A stretch of DNA of 64,000 bases from Octopus vulgaris (taxonomy: Eukaryota): assembly GCA_951406725.2 (NCBI GenBank), contig OX597820.1:44640001-44704000 (forward strand). Direction: 5' to 3'. The notes under the pieces were generated by a model. The model did not search any database. It worked only from the letters and a program-made list of their open reading frames with translations, and had not been told where the DNA came from. The position numbers and the translations under genes were made by a program. Below are positions 51,631 to 64,000 of the stretch, one piece after another; position 1 is the first letter of the stretch, and every line of letters starts with the position of its first letter.

Positions 51631-53912
51631 CTTAATGTAGCTTGATGAGTGTGTGTGTGTGCTTGTGTTTTGATTTCCATGTATAACTACCAAGTTGTGC
51701 ATATAGAGGTGAAATGAATTGTCATGATATATTGGAAAACAAACTGCATGGATCATGAATATGAATGCAGTGCAGGCATTTAACTGTCTGTAATCCTGTT
51801 AAAACCTACACGCCCCGTTTCACCTATTTATAGGGGAAAATATCAGCCCTTTGAGAAAGCATGAGATTGTCAGTGACCTATCCAGGGAGAAAATCGTTGC
51901 CACATTCTTTTAATGGAATCACTTGTTCTGGGGATCCCTTTATACGCTGTATATGCAACCAATTGTAGCTTTGTGATATATATTTATGTGTCTGCTTACT
52001 CAGGCACACACACACATGTACTTATGTGTTTGTATGTACATTCATATCCGTATGTATGAATATATGGATGCATATGGATATGTATATACACACACATACA
52101 TGTATCAACAATTAAAGTTTGGTTTTATTTAAATTAAAATCGTTTCCAGAATAATGATAACAACAGTAATGACAGCAACAATGATCTTCATGGTTTCTGA
52201 TAAATTTGCCTTGCAGTTATTTATTGGGCAGGCCAAGGGTGAAATAAACGAGTCACTTTTGTCACGCAACTGTATTACGATTCAACATCAATTCTATATT
52301 CTATCTGGGAACCCTTGTACAATTAGTGAGCTAATTAAAAATACCACAGCCCACATTCATTCTGTGTGTGAGTGAGTGTAAGACAGATACAGATAGCAGG
52401 CTGAAGATAACCGACCTCTATTTAGAAAATTCAGTAATACACCGTGAAGATATAAACATTACCTCATTTATTTGTCATTATATATGCCCGAAAGTTCTCT
52501 CTCTCTCTCTCTCACTCACAAATACACACACACACATAGGTATATATGTATGTATAGATAGATAGATAGATAGGTAGATAGATAGATATGTATGTATATA
52601 TTATATTATATTATAGGGCGTTGTTTGTACGTGTAACTTGTTTAAAAGCATCGATTCTAACATCCATCGAATTTCATCGTCATTGTAATATTGTGAAGCC
52701 ACAAAAACCTGCATGTAGATCTATATAAACATGTGCATCTATTTTCCTGTCCTTATGTTTTATCTCATGAACATATTTTGATACATACACACGTTTGTAT
52801 CAGTGTTTACGATAGGTATGTTTATGAAGGAATATTACAGATTCCATTCCTTATTTTTTTTTCTTCTCATTCGTGCTATTGAAAACAGCATCCTCATCTC
52901 TTGAACATACGTACACACATATGGTTTTTATGTGTTATGTATTGATGGTTTGGCGGCTTGGCAAAAAAAAAGTAATCATACATTTACATACACGGCATAC
53001 ATATGTGTAGGTGTAACTGTTTCTCCATTAATTACGAGTCTCTAATATAATAAACCAGTGAATGTACATCACTACTCTCTTTCCACTTTTATTTTAGTCT
53101 CTCTCTTTCTCTATTGAAATATCTCAATTTCCCTTATCTTTCTTTCCTCTGTGTTTCTGCTACCTATCTGTCCATCTATTTACGTATCTCTTTGTATTTA
53201 TCTGCCAGTATTCTTGTGGTCTCGAAAGGGTTTTAAAGGCCAGTAAAGTGCTTATATCTAGTCCCAAGCCATTTGAACAGATGATAGATAGGTTGTCAAC
53301 CCTTTAGGTTAAGGTAACATTCCCTACTGGTGTCACCTGGAAGCCAGGTGAACTGGAGGTAGAATTAGGTGTTCTACTGAAGTACATCATGAAATTACCA
53401 TCTTTAGAATTGAATTCAAGAACTGAACTAGTTTTTATACATATATACACTTATGTATTTTGCTTCTACACACACATTAATCAAATCTTTGAAAGCGTTG
53501 CTCCAGCATGATAGTAGTTCAGTGACTGAAACCTGCAAGCGAATAAAAAGAACGTGTGCATACACGCAATCACATGAACTACACAAGCCTACCTGTCTAT
53601 ATATCTAAACACCTGCCTACTTACCTGTCTGTATATCAACTTCTCTATGTATCTATCTATTGTTTTCCCTCACACACACACACACACATACATACATGTA
53701 TGTATGTGCAGGTAGATATACGCATACAAACATACAGAAATACATTCACTCATATACATGCACACAAATCTACCTGTCCTTATATCTAACTACCTACTTA
53801 CCTACCTGTCTGTATATCTAACTCCCTATTGGTTTTCCCCTCACACGTATACACACATGTCTGAATGTGTGTATGTATGTGTGAGTGTGTGTATATATAT
53901 ATATGTGTGTGC

Positions 53913-53955
<43 letters not shown>

Positions 53956-55865
53956 CATGCACACCCACTCATACACTCAGATGCGTGCATATAAATGCAG
54001 AGAGAGAGATATATATTTGTCTTCATATCTACCTTTGCTTCTTTTTCAACATAGCTACCTGTCTGTCTTTATCTTTGTGTCATTTGTCTTTTTGTCTGAA
54101 TAACTTCCTATTCAAACGAGTATGTATATCAGTTTAATTAGGCGACTGGGGCTAAATCATGCTCGTTCGTATCCATCTCATGTAGAATTATGCTTTCTCT
54201 TAACAGTTTTTACTGTTACAATCCACAAATTACATGATTAAACACAAACTGATCAAGAAAATAATCAAACTGAATAAACGAAATAAAAAAAAAAGCAAAA
54301 ACAAAAATGCATCCATCTCGTGACTGATAGATGGTGAACGGGTTCTTGTTTCTAACATATAAACACATCAGCTGGCTGATGCTTTACTTGCACCAGACTT
54401 CCGAGAATCTTCAAATCTTTGATGAGAAAGAGTATGACTTCAATTTAAAGAATTTAATTCTGTCGGAGAAGAATAAATAAACCAATAGGAAAAAAAAAAT
54501 GAAGCTTAAAAACCAAGTGTAAAAAAGATTTGTTTAACTTATCGAACCATATACATATGATTTGGACTGGTTATTATTTATTACCATTAGCAGACTGGGG
54601 AGGAAAGAAATGATAAAGCGAAGTGCCAATAAAAATAAAATCAAAAATATCTCTGAGTATTTAGGTCCGAACTTTTATATTTTGTGTTCAGATACTTTGA
54701 TTTTAGATATACATAAATACCTCTCTATATATATGTATGTGTGTGGGGTGTGTGTGTGTAATATTCTGATGCTATGACCAAATTTTTTTTCTTATCTTCA
54801 CGCATATGATATTATCTTAGATGTAAATAAAAATTGTTGCTATGCTCTTCTTGTGTAGCCTGGTTTTTAGAAAGACTACACTATGTTCCTGCATGTTGTA
54901 AGCAATACCTAAACGGGCTAGCATCGGGAAAGATATCTGGTCATTAAACACTATTATTAAAAAAATCCTGTTCAACACTTGCTAGTGTTGAAGGGCAGAT
55001 GTAAAAAATCATAATTATGATGATGACGACGACAATGATGAAAATAATGATGGCAATATCGAAACTAATGCAATGGATATCAAAACTGTTGAGTGTTGGA
55101 TAAATTGCTTAACGGTATCTTTTGTGGTGAAGGTACCTGGCCTAGTGGTCAGGATGTTTGGATCATTATCATAAGGTCATGGGTTCACTTCCTCAATCAG
55201 GCAGCATGTTGTATCCTTGAGCAAGGTACTTCATTTCATGTTTTTCTAAACCTACTCTGCTGTAATAATCACCAGCCAGATGTTGGTGTTGCATTCTCTG
55301 CCACCAGCTGTCACATTCTGTCACATTCAGTGGTCGAGGGATAAGGGTAGTGGACATCTGTGTTTGCTCATGACTATATAGCTACCTAAAGCAGTTAGCA
55401 AAAGCATGATACATGCACCCAGCCCATACTCACTCATAAATGATGACTGGCTATATTGTACTGTATTGTAGTTTTGATATATCTCATTAAGATTCTGAGT
55501 TCAAATCCTGTTCAGATCAAATTTGTCCCTTCAGTCTTCCAGGGTTGATAAAGTACCTGTGGTGTACAGAGGTAGACAAAGGTCAATTTAATTGATCTGA
55601 TTCTACACATCATCATCATTGTTTTAATGTCTATGTTTTCATAGTTGCATGGGTCTGAAAGAGGTTTATCGAGGCAAATTTTCTACATCTGGATGCTCTT
55701 CCTGACCCCAACCCTCACCCGTTTCCAAGCAATGTAATATTTCCTTGTGGTAGAATACTGGAAGTGAATAACGCTGCCTATACATATGACAATGACACTT
55801 ATTTACAGTTATATGATAATAAGACAGGGAACACACACATACATGCATGCATACATACATACATA

Positions 55866-57434
55866 CAAATGTCATCATGGTGTTATCTACCGATGAGACA
55901 TGAAGCTGTAGCTAGGACACTATAATGAAATCCATTGGAAGGATAATTCCGAGGACAAAGAAATAAGAACCCACAGTATAGTAGAAGCCATAGCCACTCA
56001 TAATAAAAAGGAGTACTGATAGTATGTCCTAGTGAAGACCTCAATAAAATGTAAGCACAACAGACCTGATATAATGATTTGGGATAGAGAAGAGAAACTG
56101 TGCACAGTTGTGGAAATTAGCTGTCCAGTGGATGTTAACATAAAGCTGAAGATCAGTGAAAAAGAGAATACCTATGCTGAACTCATCATCATCATCATCA
56201 TCATCATAATATGCAGTTACTCTATCCAGATTACAAGTTCAGGTTTATACCTTTAATTATTGGGGCTCTGGGATATGTAACGCACTGCCTAAATACCAAT
56301 CTTGAGAAATTAGGCTTCTCAAAATCAGAAAGGAGAAAGTTAATTCAAAGACTACAGATCCAATCCATCACTGGAACTGTAAAAATCTGTAAAACTTTCC
56401 AGAAGTTTGTTATTTCAATATATATAAGCATGTCTAGATATGCAACTATATGCATGAGAATACATACATAAAGTAAAACATACAAATCTGCCATTAGGTT
56501 TCACTTCCACACACACCAGCTTATTTTAATTTGTCCTTAGTCGAAAGACACTTGTTGTTAATGTCCTGTTATTTGTATTTGTGTCTCTTTGTTCTGTTTT
56601 TTTTTTCTGTCCTTGTTTCGTATACATTCACTGCTTTTTTCCAAGGAATCTAGTGCTCTTAGCTTAGTTTTTCCTTGGGGCTGGCCAGATTGGAGCAATC
56701 TCAAGTATAACCAGCCAAAATTGCAAAGATAATCTGGAACTCAACTGAGGAAAGAAAACTCCGAATGACTCATCTTTGTTTTTTCTTGTCCCTTTTTTGC
56801 ATCATCTGTCTGGATGTTTTGTTGTCCCTTTTTTGCATCATTTAACTGTATGGTTGTTTTGCATGCTTGTCCTATTTTTTTTGTATTCCTTTTTATATAT
56901 ATGCAAACATACAAACAGAAATACCCTGTTGTTGATGTTGAAATTCCAATGAAAGAGCCTTAGATCTAGGTTAGAAACCAGCTCTTTCTCTATTGGTAAG
57001 AAATCTTGAAATAAAACTGAACAATCACATACATACATACATACATACAATCTTGAGAAATTAGGCTTCTCAAAACCAGAAAGGAGAAAGCTAATTCGAA
57101 GATTATAGATCCAGTCCATCACTGGAACTGTAAAATTCTGTAAAACTTTCCAGAAGTTTATCATTTAATTATTTATATGCATGTCTAGATATGCAACTAT
57201 ATGCATGAGAATACATACATTAAACAAAACATACAAATCTGCACATATACGTGCATGCATACATACATGCATACATATGAACGTACATACATACATACAT
57301 ACAAACAAACAAAAATACCCTGTTGTTGATGTTGAAATTCCAATGAAGGAGTCTTGGATCTAGGTTAGAAACCGGCTCTTTCTCTGTTGGCAAGAAATCT
57401 TGAAATAAAACTGAATAATGACATACATACATAC
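55866..57434 (+). mobile_element. R4/Dong-like LINE 3' fragment (restriction-like endonuclease) with duplicated 3' end
   Basis: YLPMRHE.VAR, KHNRPDIMIWD..VEISCP.D.N...K..EK...Y, and IPLIIGALG motifs; (CATA)n at both ends. Confidence 0.85.
56491..56902 (+). mobile_element. Unclassified element nested in the R4/Dong 3' UTR
   Basis: Present in the first copy of the duplicated LINE end and absent from the second. T-rich flanks, structured core, TA end. Confidence 0.6.
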
Positions 57435-57440
57435 TTATAG

Positions 57441-57628
57441 GTAAGCACATAAATGTGAAACAAGGTGGAAAAATATAGTACTCAAATACTGGAGGTAGAG
57501 TAATATGCTTTTTTTCATTATTAAAGCTGCAAAAACATCACAAAAAGCTGCTAAATTGCCCAACAAATGGGAACATGAAACTCTGAGTAGCAGTTTCTTT
57601 GTGATGTTTTTGCAGCTTTGATAATAAA
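57441..57628 (-). mobile_element. Penelope/retrozyme-like non-autonomous element with inverted terminal segment
   Basis: Arms at 57518-57553 and 57588-57624 are inverted repeats with a decayed HHR between them. Partial copy at 40928-41026. Confidence 0.6.
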
Positions 57629-57870
57629 AAAGAATACATACATATGTGTATATATATATATATATATATATCATCATCATCATTTAACGTCCATCTTCCA
57701 TGCTAGCATGGGTGGGACAGTACCACAAGAGTTGACCAGGCTGAAGCCTGCATTGGACTTCTGTAACTGTTTTGGCAGAATTTTTACAGCTGGATGTACT
57801 ATAGAGCCAGAGGAGTTTCAGCCAGGTTAGTATCAAAAGGGTTAATGCATGTATTTACATGGATTCCTGA

Positions 57871-58056
57871 GCAGCATTTATATTTTACATGCTGTGGACA
57901 CCATTGGATTGAATGGTACTAACCAAGAGTCGGAACCATAATTATATCCATTTGTGCAGCTGGGGCAACATTTATATTTTATATGCTGTAGACACCATTG
58001 GATTGAATGGTACTACCCGAGTGTTGGAACCATAATTATATCCATTTGTGCAGCTG
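57871..58056. repeat. 94-bp period tandem duplication
   Basis: 57871-57962 repeats at 57965-58056 with a few substitutions. Confidence 0.92.
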
Positions 58057-58696
58057 ATGATAGGAGTGCACATATGTTATGCTTGATTGTGAATTTCTTA
58101 TACCTTAGTCTTATTTTTCTGGATTGTCCTTCATTCTTGTAAAGTAGAAAATGTTTGTGGATTCATAGTGTGTGGCAATTACTTTAGTATTGTTTGGTTT
58201 TCTCCATAAGTAACCTAATCAGGTTTGAACAAAGCTTATATATTGGTGTCTAGTTTTGGGAGGCTCTATGGCATAAAATACAGATTATGGGATAAAGTAA
58301 AAATGAGTTATGTAATTGTATTTCATGTAAATATATGCATTAAACCTGTTGGTGTTTAAATCTACCTTTCTACCCTTGTAGAATGATCCTCGACAAGGCT
58401 CATTCTCATAGCTAACTTTCAACCCCAAAGGCACTAGCCTTGGTTGAAGGTGTTGGCATTTAAGTTTTCATCCATATGAGTACTACTCTGTAATATCTAC
58501 ATCAGGCTTACTTTGTGTTCTCTTGCACTATATCTTTTATCTTTTACTTGTTGCAGTCATTTGACTGTGGTCATTCTGGGGCACTGCCTTGAAGAATTTT
58601 ATTTGAATGAATTGATCCCAGTGCTTGGGTGGTTTTTTTTAAAGCTTGCTATACAAACATACACACACCTCCCCTCTTACACACATACACCTTCTA

Positions 58697-58729
<33 letters not shown>

Positions 58730-60320
58730 CGGGCATCTTTCAGTTTCTGCCTACAAAATCCACTTGCAAGGTTTTAGTTCACATGGGGCTATAGTAGAAG
58801 ACACTTGCTCAAGGCGCCACTCAGTGGGACTGAACCTGGAACCATGTGGTTGGGAAGCAAGCTTCTCAACCACACACCCACGACTGTGTCTATGAACTTT
58901 TATTTGTTTTCACTTCCACTAGAAGAAAGAAGGATGCCATCCTCAATTTGGAGATTTGTCTTGAGTGCTTACAGCAGAATGAACTCCACTAAGGACTGGG
59001 TAATATTAAGTTTTCTACCCCAAAATTCAGAAGGCAGAAAGTCATGACAAATACTGCAAGCCATCTCACTTGGAAATGTTAACAATTCCACCAGTCCGAT
59101 GCCCAAGACTGATACTTTATTTTATTGATGCTAAAAGGGTGAAAAGTAAAGTCAACCCTGGTAGGATTTGAATGCACCGAGCTGACACAAATACTACAAT
59201 CATTGTGTCTTCTGCTCTAACTACTCTTCATATCTGCTACCAGGGCATAAGCAAGCCAATTATATACCAGATGTATACTGCAGGTGACAGTCCCTCTCTT
59301 TCAGATCTCTGCCTTTCTGATATATGAAATCATTATTAGCATAGTTGTTTGGATAAACACTGTTTTTTTGGATTAACCCACTCTACATTTTTGGAAATTG
59401 CTTTGAAGTTCTTTTTCATTTGCACCAAGCATTTAGCTTTGTATGTTTTCACCTGAATATGAAGAATACATTATGAGAAAGAGGGACCAAGTGTCTATAT
59501 TTTAGATTACTGGCTTCTCAATGTTGATGTTACCCTTATGAAATCCAGAAAATTATCAGATATCCCTAAATGAAGCTGTACCTTCTGTGAACCAATGAGG
59601 GGACTTCTGCACATTGACTAAAACTGTTAGAAATAAGAACCAAGTCTTCTCCAGGTTACACCTTACTCTCCCAGAAGGTGAGTGATTCTGAATAAAATAG
59701 TCCTGGGTTAACATTAAAAAAAACTAACAAACTAATGGGACTCGTGGTTTCATCATCATCATCATCATTGTTTAATGTCTGCCTTCCAAGCTGGCATGGG
59801 TGGGACAGTTTGACAGGAGCTGGCCAGGCAGAAGCATGCACAAGACTTCTGAGTCTCTTTTGCTAGGATTTTTACAGCTGGTTGCCCTTCCTAACACCAA
59901 CCACCCAGCAGAGTGGACTTAGTGCTTTATACATAGCACAAGCACAGGCCAGGTCAGTTTTGGCAAGGTTTTCACAGTTGGATGCCCTTCCAAAGTTAAC
60001 CACTTTACAGTGTAGACAGAATGCTTTTTAAGTGGCACCAGCACTTATAAGGGTCACCAAGTAACTTGCAAGACAAAAATCTTTTGAGAGGGGAGGAGGC
60101 ATTGGTGGAGGTGATCTTGTGTCAGATGATAATGGGACAGGGAGGCAGAAACAGGTATCTTGCTGTAGAGGAGGTACAAGGTGACCTGGCTGGAGAGAGA
60201 GGTTTGTGTATATACACACACACACATGATATGATATAGTATTATATATACCTAACATATTGAGTTTGACATGAGATAATGCTTGCATTGTATAAAATAT
60301 ATACTTTCCAACTCTTACAG

Positions 60321-60358
<38 letters not shown>

Positions 60359-62788
60359 TATTCACACATAAACAGCAGAATTATTAGTAGTCGTTCAGCC
60401 AGTGCTATTTTTAAACACAATTTTTTAAAATTCAAAGAAAATCTCTTAATCCTTGTAATTGACAAGAAAAAAAAAAATTAATCATCAGTCACTGTAATTT
60501 ATTGGAAAAATTTAATTTCATTTTCTAGTGGAAATATAGCAATATGTATTTTTAATTTATATTGATTATTATGTAAAAAAAAAAACCCTCTCCAGTTTTG
60601 GTTATTGATTACAGCATAAAAAAACCAGTTTCCATGAATATAATATTTTCAATTTTGTATATAGTTTCAAGGTATTTGCATTTTATTTTACGATAATTCT
60701 CATATAGATAATGTAGAAATGTCGATCGTAAAAGCTGTTGACAAAGACATCTACAATGGTTTTAAGCACATGATTAGTTTTCATGTGTTATTCGATATTG
60801 TACAAGTCTTTTGACAGACACTACTTACTTATTGAAGTTCTTTGTCTTTTTGTGAAGTACGTCTTGAGCAGATCGGGCTGGGGAGAGCTTCCTTCTCCAA
60901 GTAAAAATTCATGGGAGATATTTGAACTTGGCAACCTGCTGGAATTCTCCTTGCTATCACCACCACCATTGTATTTCCTGTCGATACTGACTTTTAGATA
61001 TCCGATCTGAATATAAACTGAATCTATCTCATCAGTCTTGAGAGATGCCTTTTCCCCTGTTATTTTAAGGATTTGCAAAGGTGTTGCATTCAGTCCCTTC
61101 TCCTAAGACTTAACAAAAAAAAAAGTTAATTAGTATTCTTATACAGGCAAAATGGCTATGTGAATAAGGTATTGGACTACTGTCTCATAGTTTGTGAGTT
61201 TAAATCTGCTGCAAGTATTTTGCAGTACTTCTGGGCTGGATATTTTATTCTGTATGTCTCAAGCCAGACATAGGTACCAGATCATATGGGGATGTTAACT
61301 GATAGATTACAATTGATAGTGTTATCCAGAGGAAGATTAATTTCTCATTTGCTTTAGGCCGTGAAACTAAATACTGGTCCTCAGTGGGCTTTTTGAGTAT
61401 TAAGAGTCATTTCTTCTCAACAACTACCTTTGGTAATTCTTTAACATTAAGTAGAGTAAGCCATTGTATCTTTGTATCAGTGCCAAGATATGAATTGCTG
61501 ACACTTTTGGTAAGGATTTAATTGTTTTGGCCAGCTGCCAAGGCTAGTATGGTCACTGGATAGTTTGAACCATTGTAGGGTATGTACAAACGAATCACTT
61601 GACTTGTAAAAATCCAACACATTGATATAAAGTGTCACCCAAGTATGTTATATATATATTTAGTCTCATGCTCTATTCCAGCTAGATATTCAATTTGTAG
61701 CTTTCACCTTTGTCCCAAAACTTCTCCAATATTTTCCTTAAGCCTAGACTGGACTGGTTTTATAGTTGCTGGAACCTTGGACTAGTAGAATTTTGGAGCC
61801 CTTACAGTTATTTTATTTTTTAATTTTTTTTGTTTAATTTTCACAAGTAATACAATTTGTAAATGTTGGAATGAAGCGTTTATTACAATTTATTAAAAGT
61901 AAGAATAAAGTGCCTGTTCTATTTAGTATTTTTCTTCGAACATCCCAAATATGATGTGGTGTCGTTAAACATGTAATGTCCCAAGCAACTGCTCAAGTTA
62001 CCAGTACTTTCAGCCAAATCCTAGAAGCCTAGAATTTGGTTTTGTGTATTGTCATATTGTTACTGCTGGATGATACACTTATTTGGAGACCTCTTTGTCA
62101 GCTAGGCAAGATGAGGCAAGCAGGCAAATTTACAAATCTTTTTTAATGGAGTAGAACATTGCAATGACTATGGCTGTAAAATTTGAAGATATAATGTCTT
62201 GAATTTTGGCACAAGGCCAGTGATTTTAGTGGGAGGAAGTAAGTAGGTTATATTGACCCTAGTATTCAACTAGTACTTTAAGTTATTGACCCTGAAAGGA
62301 TGAGATTGTAAAAATTTGGGACAAATACTGCTAAGCATTTTTCCAACTCTCTAAAGATTCTGCAAGCTTGGTGCCTTGAGATTTTGAACACACAATAATA
62401 TGGCCACCAGTTGAGTGATTTACATTCATAGCCTTCTGTGTGGGATAGATCTCACTGTGGTTTCTACAAATTAGTGTTCCACCCACCACCTGGTACCTTT
62501 GGCGCATTTAGTACAGAGTTCACTGAAAGCATTCAGACCTAGTCTCCAGTTTGAGGATACTTCTCTCACTCTTACCAGTCTTAGAATGTGAAGGATCATG
62601 GGCACTGATTTCCCTCCTGACTAGAAGATAAAAGAAAAAAAAGGTGTAAATGACTGAATATACTCCAGATCAGACTGGTGGAGATCTTCCTTCTCAAAGT
62701 AACATTCATAAGAGGTTTTGAACTTGGTAACCTCCTGCAATTCTCCTCAAGTAGAATCAGTATTGTAGTGTGTGGTAAAGCTGGCCTT

Positions 62789-63016
62789 TTAACTCTTTCA
62801 TTACCAACCCTGCCGAAACTGGCTCTGGCCCTATAGTACAAATGTCTTGTTTTCATAAGTTTTGATTTAAAATCTTCCACCAAATCTGAGTCACAATTTA
62901 TGTTCATAACACTAGCTGAATGATAACTAAGTTATTTTACTAATTCTTTGTTATATTTAAAGTAATTGAAAGAAACACAGAGCATCTCAAAATATATACA
63001 GTAATGAGAGGGTTAA
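62789..63016. mobile_element. piggyBac-like MITE
   Basis: TTAACTCTTTCATTAC ... GTAATGAGAGGGTTAA ends. A related element in opposite orientation lies near 41960-42172. Confidence 0.65.
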
Positions 63017-63588
63017 GTATTCCAGATGTAGTCTATTTGATAGCCTTTCATACAGTTTCTGTCTACCTTATTTGACCCACAAGATGTTAGTTGACTTGTG
63101 GTTATAGTAGAAGATACTTGATCAAGGTGTGTCACACAGTGAGGTCAAATCCAGCATCTTATGATTGCAAAGTGAACATTTTGATCAACTTTTATGAAAA
63201 TCTGCTGAAGTCTGCCTTGTTCAAATTTCTGGAAACTAGCATGAAACCATATATACATATAACTACAGACACTAAACACACACACACACACACACACACA
63301 TACTCTCTCTCTCTCTCTGTCTCTTCTTCCGCCTCAGTATGGTTAAGAGGTTAGCTTTGTAATCATGAGGACCAGGTTCTGGTTCCATTATGTGACATGT
63401 TGGGCAGTATCAGTTTCTGTTATACCATGTACATGAAACTGGGTAGACAGAAACTGTATGAGAGCTTGCTGGATGGATTCTACTTACAATTCAAAGATCT
63501 GGCTTTATAATACTGTGTCATGCTGATTCTACTTGAGATCCATTAAATATATGGGTGGATATTACAGATATTTTATTAAATACTCCTA

Positions 63589-63850
63589 AAATCTTATTGT
63601 GTATTGGGAGAGTCATGATGGCATGAGTGAGAGAGTAAGTCACTAAGTCACTGAAAAGATTGTGAACAGCGACAAAAAAGACTTTGACTAACAAACAATT
63701 AATTGTTTAACCAACACATTAAACAAACAATTGATTTGTTAGTTGATTAGATATTTAACCAATTCACTGACAATAAAGAAGTGGAATTAAACTTGTGCGT
63801 GTGTTATCATTATTGGTGTAATGACTCTCCCATGACACAACAAAATTTGC
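63589..63850. mobile_element. Foldback/MITE-like element
   Basis: Inverted ends TTGTGTATTGGGAGAGTCAT / ATGACTCTCCCATGACACAA, plus internal inverted AACAATT repeats. Confidence 0.5.
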
Positions 63851-64000
63851 TTCAACACACAAATTCACATCAAGAATCTTGCAAACCAAATACAAAAACA
63901 GCCTAAAATCTTAGTTGTATTAAAAATTAATTGAAACCTGGGCAGTTGATTTGCTAAAAATATGGTCCTAAAAGAGTTAACAGTTACTCCTCACAACCCA

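Noticed and set aside
53556-54103. Cluster of short Y/I/H/C/V-rich ORFs
   Set aside because: Translations of (TA)n, (CA)n and (TACA)n microsatellites.
48165-64000. FAM91A1 exon 2
   Set aside because: No segment encoding an LGNS..EY.K...YSI.NQL-like peptide was found by eye; it probably lies beyond the window.

Overview
AT-rich, microsatellite- and SINE-dense metazoan DNA. The repeat families look like those of Octopus, an inference from recall only. Two conserved genes are on the + strand. ORC1 has 12 coding exons at 2114-32447, covering the end of the BAH domain, a long disordered linker, the AAA+ domain and the winged helix; all splice phases join in frame and the 5' exons lie outside the window. 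FAM91A1 contributes only its first coding exon (48093-48164), preceded by a CpG-richer, possibly bidirectional promoter. The rest is mobile DNA: tRNA-derived SINEs, RTE, CR1 and R4/Dong LINEs, a DD37D maT transposon remnant, Helitrons and MITEs. The most interesting signal is a set of short non-coding elements, mostly flanked by microsatellites, that carry hammerhead-ribozyme (HHR)-like cores. One type I HHR with an intact core is duplicated as a 67-bp inverted repeat (35479-35626), and several type I copies are decayed. Three unrelated-looking elements (about 11.7k, 35.3k and 56.7k) share a permuted GAAA-first, type II-like architecture with differing but complementary outer stems. All RNA folds were done by eye and need covariance-model and cleavage tests.
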